A DNA stretch of 63,180 bases from Candidatus Limnocylindria bacterium (GTDB lineage: Bacteria > Chloroflexota > Limnocylindria > QHBO01). The DNA lies in contig DASWIE010000059.1 in NCBI GenBank assembly GCA_036397815.1, forward strand, positions 1-63,180, read 5' to 3'. The notes below the pieces were generated by a model. The model was not told the DNA's origin. It made no database searches and worked only from the letters and a program-made list of their open reading frames with translations. Both the position numbers and the translations under genes were made by a program. Positions 8,881 to 17,802 of the stretch are shown in pieces. Each line of letters starts with the position of its first letter. Position 1 is the first letter of the stretch.

Positions 8881-9960
8881 TTGAGCCACCACATATCCTG
8901 GCTGCGCCCGACCCGCTCGTTCGCAGCCGGCGGATTGTTGTTCCTTGCGGCGTGCACGAGCGCGAGCCCGTCTCCCGGGGGCGGCGGGGCTTCCACGGAA
9001 CCGGACACGACCGGTTCGGTGTTTGTTTCCGGGTCGTCCACGGTGGAGCCGATCTCTCGCAGGAACGCCGAGAACTTCGCGGCCGTGGCTCCCAACGTCG
9101 ACATCTCCGTCGAGGGGCCGGGCACCAGCGACGGCTTCGCCCTCTTCTGCGCCGGCGACAGTGACGTCTCCGATGCTTCCCGCGCGATCAAGCAGGAGGA
9201 GATCGACGAGTGCACGGCCAACGGGATCGAGTTCATCGAGCTGTACGTCGCGATCGACGGTCTGTCGGTGATCACGTCCGTGCACAACGACGCGATCGAC
9301 TGCCTGAGCTTCACCGACCTGTGGGCGCTGCTCGGGCCGGACGCCCGTGGCAACGGCACCAACTGGTCCGATGCTGACGCGCTCGCCCAGGAGACCTTCG
9401 ATGCCGTCGGCGCTGACTTCGGCGAGGTCCACACACCGTACCCGGATGCCCCCATCAGCATCACGGCGCCCGGCGAAGAGTCCGGAACCTTCGACTCGTT
9501 CGTCGAGATCGTGCTCGACCGGGTCGGCGCGGCACTCGAGATGGACGATGTCACGACGACGGCGAACTACCAGTCGTCGGGCGACGACAACGTCATCATC
9601 CAGGGCGTAGCTGGCTCTGAGGACTCCCCCGACACCCTGGGGTGGGTCGGCTTCGCCTACGTCGAGCAGAACCTGGACGTGATCAAGCCTCTTGCCGTGG
9701 ATGGTGGCGAGGGTTGTGTCGAGCCGACCATCGAGACCATCGCCTCCGGCGAGTACCCGATCGCCCGACCGCTCTTCGTGTACGTGAACGCGCAGACCGC
9801 CGAGGACAACGCGGCCCTGACGGCCTTCATCGACTTCTACCTTTCGGATGAGGGTCGCGCCTCGGTCGCCGAGGTCGGCTACGTGGACATCCCGGACGAG
9901 GACTGGCAGGTCACGGTCGAGACATGGGAGAGCCGGACGACCGGCACCCAGGCCGAATAG
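8881..9960 (+). CDS. pstS: Phosphate ABC transporter substrate-binding lipoprotein
   Basis: GGAGGAG SD then TTG; lipobox LAAC; SGSSTV, GPGTSDGF, SGTFDSF and YPIARPLFVY. Confidence 0.95.
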   Translation: MSHHISWLRPTRSFAAGGLLFLAACTSASPSPGGGGASTEPDTTGSVFVSGSSTVEPISRRNAENFAAVAPNVDISVEGPGTSDGFALFCAGDSDVSDASRAIKQEEIDECTANGIEFIELYVAIDGLSVITSVHNDAIDCLSFTDLWALLGPDARGNGTNWSDADALAQETFDAVGADFGEVHTPYPDAPISITAPGEESGTFDSFVEIVLDRVGAALEMDDVTTTANYQSSGDDNVIIQGVAGSEDSPDTLGWVGFAYVEQNLDVIKPLAVDGGEGCVEPTIETIASGEYPIARPLFVYVNAQTAEDNAALTAFIDFYLSDEGRASVAEVGYVDIPDEDWQVTVETWESRTTGTQAE

Positions 9961-9971
9961 CCTCCGCTGCC

Positions 9972-10015
9972 ATGGGGCCGGGTCGGGCGGCGCGGCTGCT
10001 CAAACCCGGCCTCAT
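9972..10015 (+). other. Intercistronic stem-loop between pstS and pstC
   Basis: ATGGGGCCGGGT (9972-9983) pairs with ACCCGGCCTCAT (10004-10015), with one G-U pair. Confidence 0.55.
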
Positions 10016-10064
10016 CACGCCTTGTCTTCCTCTCGAGTCGCCTGACCGATAGAGTGTGAGTCCG

Positions 10065-11006
10065 ATGGCGTCAACTGCCGCCCCGCACAAGCTGAGCGCA
10101 GACGATCTCCGCGGCGATCGCGGGCGGAGGCGCACCGAAGCCTTGATGCGCCTCCTATTCCTGGGCGCGGCCACGCTGTCGGTCGTCATCACCGCGCTCA
10201 TCATTTTGGCAATCGTCGGCGAGGCGTGGAACTTCATCAGCCAGGTGGACCTGGCCGCGCTCTGGTCCGGTGGCTGGTTCCCGCGCCGCGGCATGTTCGA
10301 CATCCCAACCATTCTGGCGGGCACGCTGGTGGTCGCCGGTATCGGCATGCTCGTTGCCGTTCCACTGGGGCTGGGCGCGGCGATCTACCTGGCCGAGTAC
10401 GCGAGCCGGCGGGCCCGAGCCCTCCTCAAGCCGATCCTCGAGGTGCTGGCCGCGGTCCCGAGCATCGTGCTTGGCTATTTCGCCCTGCAGTGGATCAGCC
10501 CCAACATCATGCAGACCGTCTGCCTTGGCGGCAGCGCCGTCTTCAATATGGGCGCCGCGGGGCTGGCGGTGGGCGTCCTGGTGACGCCGCTCATCGCCTC
10601 GGTCGCCGAGGACGCGATGTACGCCGTCCCAGGATCGCTGCGCGAGGCCTCGTACGGCCTGGGCGCGCGAAAGCGGACGACCAGCCTCCGTATCGTGGTC
10701 CCAGCGGCGGTCTCCGGGATCGTCGCGGCCCTGATCATTGGGTTCAGCCGGGCCATCGGCGAGACGATGATCGTCGCCATCGCGGCCGGCGGCACCGGGG
10801 GCTCGCTCTTCAGCCTTGACCCCTGCGGTCAAGGCCAGACGATGACCGCGGCGATGACGGCCCTGGCGACCGGTTCCGACCAGGTGCGTGGCTCGGACCT
10901 CGCCTATCCCAGTCTCTTCTTCGTAGGCCTGCTGTTGTTCGCCTCGACACTGGTGCTCAATGTCATCAGCGAGCGCTTCGTGCGCAGCGTGAGGTTGAAG
11001 TACTGA
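10065..11006 (+). CDS. pstC: Phosphate ABC transporter permease PstC
   Basis: AIYLAEYA, LAAVPSIVLG, LREASYGLGA and SRAIGETMIV. Confidence 0.95.
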   Translation: MASTAAPHKLSADDLRGDRGRRRTEALMRLLFLGAATLSVVITALIILAIVGEAWNFISQVDLAALWSGGWFPRRGMFDIPTILAGTLVVAGIGMLVAVPLGLGAAIYLAEYASRRARALLKPILEVLAAVPSIVLGYFALQWISPNIMQTVCLGGSAVFNMGAAGLAVGVLVTPLIASVAEDAMYAVPGSLREASYGLGARKRTTSLRIVVPAAVSGIVAALIIGFSRAIGETMIVAIAAGGTGGSLFSLDPCGQGQTMTAAMTALATGSDQVRGSDLAYPSLFFVGLLLFASTLVLNVISERFVRSVRLKY

Positions 11007-11953
11007 TGACCGATATCACTGCCACGAGCAACGTCTCGGCTGAGATCGTTCGCGCGCGGATCAGCGGCCGCCGGATGGACATCGGGGGGCGGATCTTCGA
11101 GGGCCTCCTCCTACTCGCCCTGGCCCTTTCCCTTGCGGTGCTGCTCACCCTGCTCGTCGACGTGGTGAGCCGCGGGATCGGCGTCTACGCCGAGCGTGGC
11201 ATCGACGTCATCACGGCGCCGCTCTCCAGCGACCCGGCCAAGGCGGGTATCGGCCAGGGACTCTTCGGATCGATCGCCCTCATGCTCATCGTGGCCGCAA
11301 CCGCCTTCCCGATCGGCATCGGCGCGGCCATCTACCTCGAGGAGTACGCGCGTGACACCACCTTCACGCGGTTCGTCACGGCCAACATCCGCAACCTCGC
11401 CGGCGTGCCGTCGATCGTCTACGGCCTCCTGGGCCTTGCCGTCTTCGTGGTGGCGCTCCGCGCCATCACCGGGCCTGAGTCACAGGGTCGCAGCATTCTC
11501 GCCGGTGGGCTGACGCTCGCGATCCTGGTGCTGCCCATCGTGATCATCACCACCTCAGAAGCGCTGCGCGCCGTACCCTCCGGAATTCGCGAGGCGGCCT
11601 ACGGCGTGGGGGCGACACGCTGGCAGACCGTCCGCAGCCACGTGATCCCGTACGCGGCGCCGGGAATCCTGACAGGGACGATCCTCTCGATGGCGCGAGC
11701 GTTCGGCGAGACTGCGCCGCTGATCATGGTCGGGGGGGCGGTGAGCTTCCTGAACACCGGCGATCGCGGACTGGTGGAGACTCTCCAGGGCAAGTACACG
11801 ACGGTGCCGACCTCGATCTTTCAGTGGGTCCAGGAGCCGCGGCGCGAATTCATCGAGCTGAGCGCGGCCGGCATCATCGCCCTGCTCGTCACGATCTTGC
11901 TCGTCAATGGCCTGGCCATCATCCTGAGAAACCGATATGCCCGAAAGTGGTGA
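11006..11953 (+). CDS. pstA: Phosphate ABC transporter permease PstA
   Basis: [33 protein letters not shown] and [10 protein letters not shown]; start overlaps the pstC stop. Confidence 0.95.
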   Translation: MTDITATSNVSAEIVRARISGRRMDIGGRIFEGLLLLALALSLAVLLTLLVDVVSRGIGVYAERGIDVITAPLSSDPAKAGIGQGLFGSIALMLIVAATAFPIGIGAAIYLEEYARDTTFTRFVTANIRNLAGVPSIVYGLLGLAVFVVALRAITGPESQGRSILAGGLTLAILVLPIVIITTSEALRAVPSGIREAAYGVGATRWQTVRSHVIPYAAPGILTGTILSMARAFGETAPLIMVGGAVSFLNTGDRGLVETLQGKYTTVPTSIFQWVQEPRREFIELSAAGIIALLVTILLVNGLAIILRNRYARKW

Positions 11954-11963
11954 GGATGTGTCC

Positions 11964-12878
11964 GTGAGGACCAAAGAGGAGATCGCGCCTAGTGGCGAGA
12001 CGCTCGTGCACGAAGCGCCCAGAATACGGCTGATGACCGACCAGGCCGTCGACGAGGCGGAGCAGTTCGCTCCGGGGGCCAGCGAGCAGAGCGTGGCCAT
12101 GCCCATCGAGGACGGCAAGGTCGTCTTCGAGCTGCAGTCACTCTCCTGCTACTACGGCTCATTCCGCGCCGTGAAGGAGATCAGCCTGCGGGTGCCGCAT
12201 AACCAGATCACCGCCGTCATCGGTCCTTCCGGATGCGGCAAGAGCACGCTGCTGCGCAGCTTCAACCGGATGAACGACCTTATCGACGGCGCCAGGATCA
12301 CCGGCCAGATCCTGTACCACGGCGTCGACCTGTATGCCGACGGAGTCGATCCGGTCGAGGTGCGGCGGCGGATCGGGATGGTCTTCCAGAAGCCGAACCC
12401 GTTCCCCAAGTCGATCTACGACAACGTCGCCTTCGGACCCCGGGTCGCCGGATTCCGCGGCAGGATGGGTGAACTGGTCGAGGAGTCGCTGCGGCGCGCC
12501 GCACTCTGGGATGAGGTCAAGGACAAGCTGAAGAGCCCGGGTACCGAGCTGTCGGGTGGGCAGCAGCAGCGGCTCTGCATCGCGCGGGCCATCGCCGTGG
12601 AGCCGGATGTGATCCTGATGGACGAGCCCTGCAGCTCCCTGGATCCGATCGCGACCCTCAAGATCGAGGAGCTCATGCACGAGCTCAAGCAGAACTACAC
12701 GATCGTCATCGTGACCCACAACATGCAGCAGGCCGCCCGCGCCAGCGACCTCACCGCCTTCCTGACGATGGGGCCCGACCGCGCCGGCTACCTGGTCGAG
12801 ATGGCGCCCACGCAGAAGCTCTTCACCTCGCCAGACAACCGCCTGACCGAGGACTACATCACTGGACGCTTCGGCTGA
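11964..12878 (+). CDS. pstB: Phosphate ABC transporter ATP-binding protein; start uncertain
   Basis: [42 protein letters not shown] and [10 protein letters not shown]. Confidence 0.97.
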   Translation: MRTKEEIAPSGETLVHEAPRIRLMTDQAVDEAEQFAPGASEQSVAMPIEDGKVVFELQSLSCYYGSFRAVKEISLRVPHNQITAVIGPSGCGKSTLLRSFNRMNDLIDGARITGQILYHGVDLYADGVDPVEVRRRIGMVFQKPNPFPKSIYDNVAFGPRVAGFRGRMGELVEESLRRAALWDEVKDKLKSPGTELSGGQQQRLCIARAIAVEPDVILMDEPCSSLDPIATLKIEELMHELKQNYTIVIVTHNMQQAARASDLTAFLTMGPDRAGYLVEMAPTQKLFTSPDNRLTEDYITGRFG

Positions 12879-12895
12879 GCGTGAGGGAGGACCCG

Positions 12896-13588
12896 ATGGA
12901 GAGCGCAACGCACGCCGAAGGACCGCAGTACAGCGTGCGGCGCACCTTCGAGGAGGCGCTCGACGCGACCAAGGACGACGTCCTGCGCCTGGGCGCCATG
13001 GTCGAGCACGCGCTCGAGCGCGCCGGGCGGGCACTGGTGGATCGGGACGTTGAGCTCGCCGACCAGGTTCGCTGGGACGACGCCCAGGTCAACGAGCTGC
13101 AACGCTCGATCAACACCGGCATCACCGCCCTGATCGCCACCCAGGGCCCGGTCGCGCGAGACGTCCGCGAGCTGCTTGCGCTCTACCACGCGGCCACGGA
13201 GCTCGAACGGATGGGCGACTACGCGGTCAACATCGCCAAGCTGGCCCAGCAGCTTGCCGCCGAGCCCGAGATCCCGATCCTGCGCCAGATCCCGCAGATG
13301 GAGCAGCTCTGCCGCGAGCAGCTGCGCGCCGCGATGCGCGCCCTGGTCGACGTCAGCGAGGAAGAGGCGCGCGCCGTCTGCGCGCGTGACGACGAGATCG
13401 ATCACCTCTACAACAGCGTCTACGAGGACACGATGTCGCTCATGAGCGTGGCGCCGGACAAGGTGCGCCAGGCAACGCACCTCCTCTTCGCCGCCCACCA
13501 CCTCGAGCGACTCGGCGACCGGGTGACGAACATCGGCGAAGACGTGGTCTACCTCGCCACCGGACGCATCGAAGACCTAAACCCCTAG
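12896..13588 (+). CDS. phoU: Phosphate signalling complex protein PhoU
   Basis: LERMGDYAVNIA and LERLGDRVTNIGE repeats; GGAGG SD. Confidence 0.95.
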   Translation: MESATHAEGPQYSVRRTFEEALDATKDDVLRLGAMVEHALERAGRALVDRDVELADQVRWDDAQVNELQRSINTGITALIATQGPVARDVRELLALYHAATELERMGDYAVNIAKLAQQLAAEPEIPILRQIPQMEQLCREQLRAAMRALVDVSEEEARAVCARDDEIDHLYNSVYEDTMSLMSVAPDKVRQATHLLFAAHHLERLGDRVTNIGEDVVYLATGRIEDLNP

Positions 13589-13596
13589 GGGGCCAG

Positions 13597-14301
13597 ATGC
13601 GCAGAAGGATCCTGGTCGTCGAGGACGACCGCACGCTGCGCCAGGCGCTCAGCTTCAACCTCACCCGCGAGGGCTTCGAAGTAACGAGCGCGCCCGATGG
13701 CGAGGCGGCTCTGGTGGCGGCGCGCGGCCAGCGGCTCGACCTCATCCTGCTCGACCTGATGCTGCCCGCCATGAGCGGGCTCGAAGTGCTGCGCGTCCTG
13801 CGTCGCGAGGGGGTGGCTACGCCGGTGATCATCCTTTCCGCCAAGGGCGACGAGATCGACCGGGTGGTTGGCCTCAAGGTGGGAGCCGATGACTACGTCA
13901 CCAAGCCCTTCAGCCGCCCCGAGCTGCTGGCCCGGATCGAGGCGGTGCTGCGCCGAGGCCGTCGCGAGTCGACCGATTCGGCCGAGGCGCCCGGCGAGCG
14001 GCTGGAGCTCGGGCCGGTGGTGGTGGACGTGGCGCACCGCGAGGTGATCATCGACGGCGACCCGGTGCACGTCACCACCAAGGAGTTCGACCTGCTCGCC
14101 TTCATGGCCGGCAATCCGGGCCGCATCTTCACCCGCGATCAGCTGCTCGCCCGAATCTGGGGCTACGACTACGCCGGCGACAGCCGCACTGTGGACGTGC
14201 ACCTGAGCTGGCTGCGCAGCAAGCTGCGGCGCGCCGACGGCCACAACTGGTTCCGCACCGTTCGGGGCGTGGGGTACGCGTTCTCGCCGCCCGCATCCTG
14301 A
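13597..14301 (+). CDS. OmpR/PhoB-family response regulator (PhoB/RegX3-like)
   Basis: ILVVEDD, LLDLMLP, GADDYVTKPF and wHTH DSRTVDVHLSWLRSKL...RTVRGVGY; adjacent to phoU. Confidence 0.93.
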   Translation: MRRRILVVEDDRTLRQALSFNLTREGFEVTSAPDGEAALVAARGQRLDLILLDLMLPAMSGLEVLRVLRREGVATPVIILSAKGDEIDRVVGLKVGADDYVTKPFSRPELLARIEAVLRRGRRESTDSAEAPGERLELGPVVVDVAHREVIIDGDPVHVTTKEFDLLAFMAGNPGRIFTRDQLLARIWGYDYAGDSRTVDVHLSWLRSKLRRADGHNWFRTVRGVGYAFSPPAS

Positions 14302-15413
14302 TGGACCGGCCGGGCTCCCCGCCACGCCGCGCCGCGACGCGCCTCGCCACCGATGCCGCTTTCGAGGCGCTGCTGGAGCGCAGTGGCGGCGACCCCATCC
14401 TGCTGCTCGTCGACGAACGGCTGCGGATCGTGCGCGCCGGCCCGCAGGCGGCGGCGCTTGCCGGCCGTGGAGGGTCGGACCTGCGCGACATGAGCCTGAT
14501 CGCCGCCTTCGGCTCAGCCGCCCTCGACGGAGTGGCCCGCTCGGCGGCAGCGGCGGGCGAGCCGGTGGTCGGCGAGGCGCAGCTGGGCCATCTCGGCAGC
14601 CGCACCTTCCAGGTCGACGCGGTGCCGGTCGCCGGCCAGGGCTTCGTGCTCGCCCTGCACGACATCACGGCCCTGCGGCGGATCGAACGCGTACGGCGCG
14701 ACTTCGTGGCCAACATCAGCCACGAGCTGCGGAACCCACTCACCTCGATCAAGCTGCTGGCCGAGACGCTCTCATCGGGGGCGGCTGACGACGACAAGGC
14801 CACCGCCCGCGAGTTCGCCCTGCAGATCGAGCGCGAGGTTGATCACCTGGCCCAGCTGGTCGACGAGCTGCTCGACCTGAGCATCATCGAGTCGGGCGAA
14901 GTGCGCCTGACGATCGAGGCGCTGGCGCCGGACGAGATCGTGTCGGGCGTGGCTGAGCGGATCGGCCCGGTCGCGGAACGCAGCGAGATCAGCGTGCGCG
15001 CGGTTCCGGGCGAGCCTCCGGGATCGCACGCACGGGCGGCGGCCGATCCGGGCCGGCTGGGACAGGCGCTGCTGAACCTCGCGCACAACGCGGTGAAGTA
15101 CTCCCGCCCGGGCGGCGAGGTGCGGATCGGCTGGTCCGAGGCGGGTGAGTCTGGCGAGCGGGTCAGGTTCTTCGTGGCCGACGACGGGATCGGGATCCCG
15201 GCCTCGCACCAGGGACGAATCTTCGAGCGCTTCTACAAGGTGGACCGCTCGCGCGCCCGCGACGAGGCGGTGGAGGGTCGGCCCTCGGGCAGCGCCGGGC
15301 TGGGGCTGGCCATCGTGCGTCACATCGCCGAGGCACATGGCGGCAGCGTGGGGATGGAGAGCACGGAGGGCGTCGGCTCCACCTTCTGGATCGAGGTCCC
15401 GCGCGCGGCGTGA
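14301..15413 (+). CDS. Sensor histidine kinase (PhoR/SenX3-like), apparently soluble
   Basis: H-box ISHELRNPLTSI, N-box NLAHNAVKY, G1 DDGIGI, IFERFYKVD and G2 GLGLAIV. No hydrophobic TM segment is evident. Confidence 0.92.
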   Translation: MDRPGSPPRRAATRLATDAAFEALLERSGGDPILLLVDERLRIVRAGPQAAALAGRGGSDLRDMSLIAAFGSAALDGVARSAAAAGEPVVGEAQLGHLGSRTFQVDAVPVAGQGFVLALHDITALRRIERVRRDFVANISHELRNPLTSIKLLAETLSSGAADDDKATAREFALQIEREVDHLAQLVDELLDLSIIESGEVRLTIEALAPDEIVSGVAERIGPVAERSEISVRAVPGEPPGSHARAAADPGRLGQALLNLAHNAVKYSRPGGEVRIGWSEAGESGERVRFFVADDGIGIPASHQGRIFERFYKVDRSRARDEAVEGRPSGSAGLGLAIVRHIAEAHGGSVGMESTEGVGSTFWIEVPRAA

Positions 15414-15476
15414 CGCCCCGACACCGGGCGCGTCGATGGTTGCGATGTCAATGAGCTTCTGCGACCATGCCATCGG

Positions 15477-15935
15477 ATGAGCGCGAGCCCCACGATCCCC
15501 AGCCCACGCGACCCACGCCTGAAGGCGTGGCGCACCTTCCTGTATGCCCACGCGCAGGTTCGCCGCCAGCTCGAGCGGGAGCTTCAGGCCGAGCAGGCGA
15601 TGGGCCTGGGCGAGTACGAGGTCCTGCTGACCCTGGCCTACAGCGACGCGCGACGGATGCGAATGAGCGATCTGGCCGATCGGCTGGCGCTCTCCCGCTC
15701 GGGCGCGACGCGGCTGGTCGACCGGCTCGAGGCCGATGAGCTGGTCGAGCGCGTCTCATGCGAGACCGATCGGCGTGGCCAGTGGGCGCATCTCACCCGG
15801 GCCGGCCTCGATCGGCTGCGAACCGCATCGCCAACCCACCTGCGCGGGATCGGTGAGCACTTCCTGGATCGGATCCCGGCCACCGAGCTCCAGGCGCTGC
15901 GCACGACACTCGACCGGGTGCTGATCGAGCCCTAA
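15477..15935 (+). CDS. MarR-family transcriptional regulator
   Basis: MRMSDLADRLALSRSGATRLVDRLE...DRRG. A candidate operator GTTGCGATGTCAAT lies at 15439-15452. Confidence 0.9.
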   Translation: MSASPTIPSPRDPRLKAWRTFLYAHAQVRRQLERELQAEQAMGLGEYEVLLTLAYSDARRMRMSDLADRLALSRSGATRLVDRLEADELVERVSCETDRRGQWAHLTRAGLDRLRTASPTHLRGIGEHFLDRIPATELQALRTTLDRVLIEP

Positions 15936-16808
15936 TCACTCGAGCAGGCCGGTTGCTTCGGCGCGCAGGCTGCGAATCATGGGGGCCCTCGGGTCGTCGG
16001 GGGCCAGCTCCAGGAAGCGATCGAACTGCCGGATCGCTTCGGCGGCATCCTCGTCGGCGCGCAGCGCCAGCAGCCCGCCGAAGAAGGGGACGTCCGGATC
16101 GTCGGGCGCCGCGAAGCCGGCGTAGGCGCCAAGCGCGGCCCTCGCATCGGTCCAGTCACCGGCACCGATGTAGGCGGTGATCAGTCGACGGTAGGCCGAT
16201 GCATTCTCCGGCTCGAGGCCGATGAGCGCCAGCAGCGCCACCGCTCCACGCTGCCGGTCTTCCGCACTGCCGCCGGCCAGGTACGCGTCGGCCAGGGCGG
16301 AGAGCGCCTCAGCGTCGCTCGGATCCGCTGAGATCCGCTCGAGCAGGGCCTGGATCTCGGCCTGGCGCGCCTCCTCCTGCGCGATGGCGTCGGCTAACGC
16401 CTGGTTGATCACCGTCCGCTCCCCCAGCCCGATCGGCTGGGGCAGGGCGAAGCCGACCATCAGCCCCGCCGCCAGGATGCCCCCCACGAGAGCGAGCGGC
16501 CAGCGGCGCGTGCCGGTCGTCGCCCGCGCGGCGGGGCGAACGCCCGCGTCGAGGGCGCTCAGGGTGGCGGCGGCATGCGCCTCCGCCTCGGCGCGCTGCG
16601 CCTCGTAGCCCGCCGCATCGAGCGACCCGGCGCGGTAATCGGCCTCGACGTCGCGCAGCGCCTCGAGCGCCAGGCGGTGTCGGACCGCGTCCGCGTCATC
16701 CTGCTGATCCTCCGGGGCAGTCGCCTCGGCCGTCCGGGTGAGCAGCGGCCAGGCGATCGCGGCCGCCACCGCCCCGCCGATCACCAGCAGGAGCAGCCAC
16801 TCAGTCAT
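15936..16808 (-). CDS. ccmI: Cytochrome c maturation protein CcmI/CycH-like (TM + TPR)
   Basis: N-terminal TM, L..LEADY..G.L...Y segment, second TM and TPR-like helices; last gene of the ccm operon. Confidence 0.75.
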   Translation of the reverse strand: MTEWLLLLVIGGAVAAAIAWPLLTRTAEATAPEDQQDDADAVRHRLALEALRDVEADYRAGSLDAAGYEAQRAEAEAHAAATLSALDAGVRPAARATTGTRRWPLALVGGILAAGLMVGFALPQPIGLGERTVINQALADAIAQEEARQAEIQALLERISADPSDAEALSALADAYLAGGSAEDRQRGAVALLALIGLEPENASAYRRLITAYIGAGDWTDARAALGAYAGFAAPDDPDVPFFGGLLALRADEDAAEAIRQFDRFLELAPDDPRAPMIRSLRAEATGLLE

Positions 16809-17265
16809 CCAGTGCCTCCGCGGCGTCCCGCACGCGGCGGCGATCGGCGTCGGTGATGGCCCGGGGAGGCGCGGTCATGGACGAACGCCTGCCGCGGATC
16901 CACCACCAACCGAAGAGCGCTGCGCCGGCGAGCAGCGCCAGCGCCGGCAGCCACCACGCCAGCGGGTCGGTTGGAGACAGCAGGATCCAGTCGCCGTAGC
17001 GCGCCACGAAGTGCTGCCGGATCTCGGCCGCGGAGCGGCCGGCGGCCAGCTGCTCGGCGATCTCCGCGCGAATGGCCGCGGCGGCCGCGGTGCGCGACTC
17101 GGCCACCGACAGCGCCTGGCAATCGGGACAGCGCAGCTCGGCCGCGATCGTGTGCGCCCGCTCGGCCGCGGTCGGCGGTTCACGGGGCACGACCAGCTGC
17201 AGGGCGGCAACCGCGACCAGCGCCAGCAGCGCGGCGGCCGCGATGGGGAGCGCCAGCGACCTCAT
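16801..17265 (-). CDS. ccmH: Cytochrome c maturation protein CcmH
   Basis: LRCPDCQ, FVARYGDWIL and W.LP; ATGA overlap with ccmG. Confidence 0.9.
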   Translation of the reverse strand: MRSLALPIAAAALLALVAVAALQLVVPREPPTAAERAHTIAAELRCPDCQALSVAESRTAAAAAIRAEIAEQLAAGRSAAEIRQHFVARYGDWILLSPTDPLAWWLPALALLAGAALFGWWWIRGRRSSMTAPPRAITDADRRRVRDAAEALDD

Positions 17266-17798
17266 CGGTCCAGCCCGAGCACGGCCAGCTGCTCCACGAG
17301 CACCTCCTCGGTGAGCGGGCCGACGTGCCGGTAGCGGACGATGCCGGCCGCGTCCACGAAGAAGGTCTCCGGCGGGCCGGTGACGCCGAGGTCGATAGCG
17401 ATCCGGCCGGACGGGTCGAGCACGTCCGGCCAGCCGCCGTCCCCATAGCGAGCCAGGAAGCCGCGAGCGCCGTCGGGGGAGTCCTGGTAGACGATGCCGA
17501 CCAGCGACAGCTCGCCGGCGTACGCCCGGGCCGCCGCAAGCAGCAGGGGATGCTCGTCGACGCACGGGTCGCACCAGCTGGCCCAGACGTTGACGAGCGC
17601 CGGGCGGCCGTCAAGGCTCTCCGAGGAGAACTCCTCCCCCTCCAGGGTGGTGGCCGCGAACGCCGGCAGCGGCTTGCCGACCAGGGGCGATGGGATGTCG
17701 CGCGGGTCGCGGCCCAGGCCCGTGAAGAGGAGCCAGGTCACCGGCACCACCAGCAGGGGAACCGCGACCCAGCGGAGCAGGCCTCCTCGAGTCGACAT
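17262..17798 (-). CDS. ccmG: Thiol-disulfide oxidoreductase CcmG/DsbE
   Basis: NVWASWCDPC and GVTGPPETFF. Confidence 0.9.
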   Translation of the reverse strand: MSTRGGLLRWVAVPLLVVPVTWLLFTGLGRDPRDIPSPLVGKPLPAFAATTLEGEEFSSESLDGRPALVNVWASWCDPCVDEHPLLLAAARAYAGELSLVGIVYQDSPDGARGFLARYGDGGWPDVLDPSGRIAIDLGVTGPPETFFVDAAGIVRYRHVGPLTEEVLVEQLAVLGLDR

Positions 17799-17802
17799 CG
17801 GC

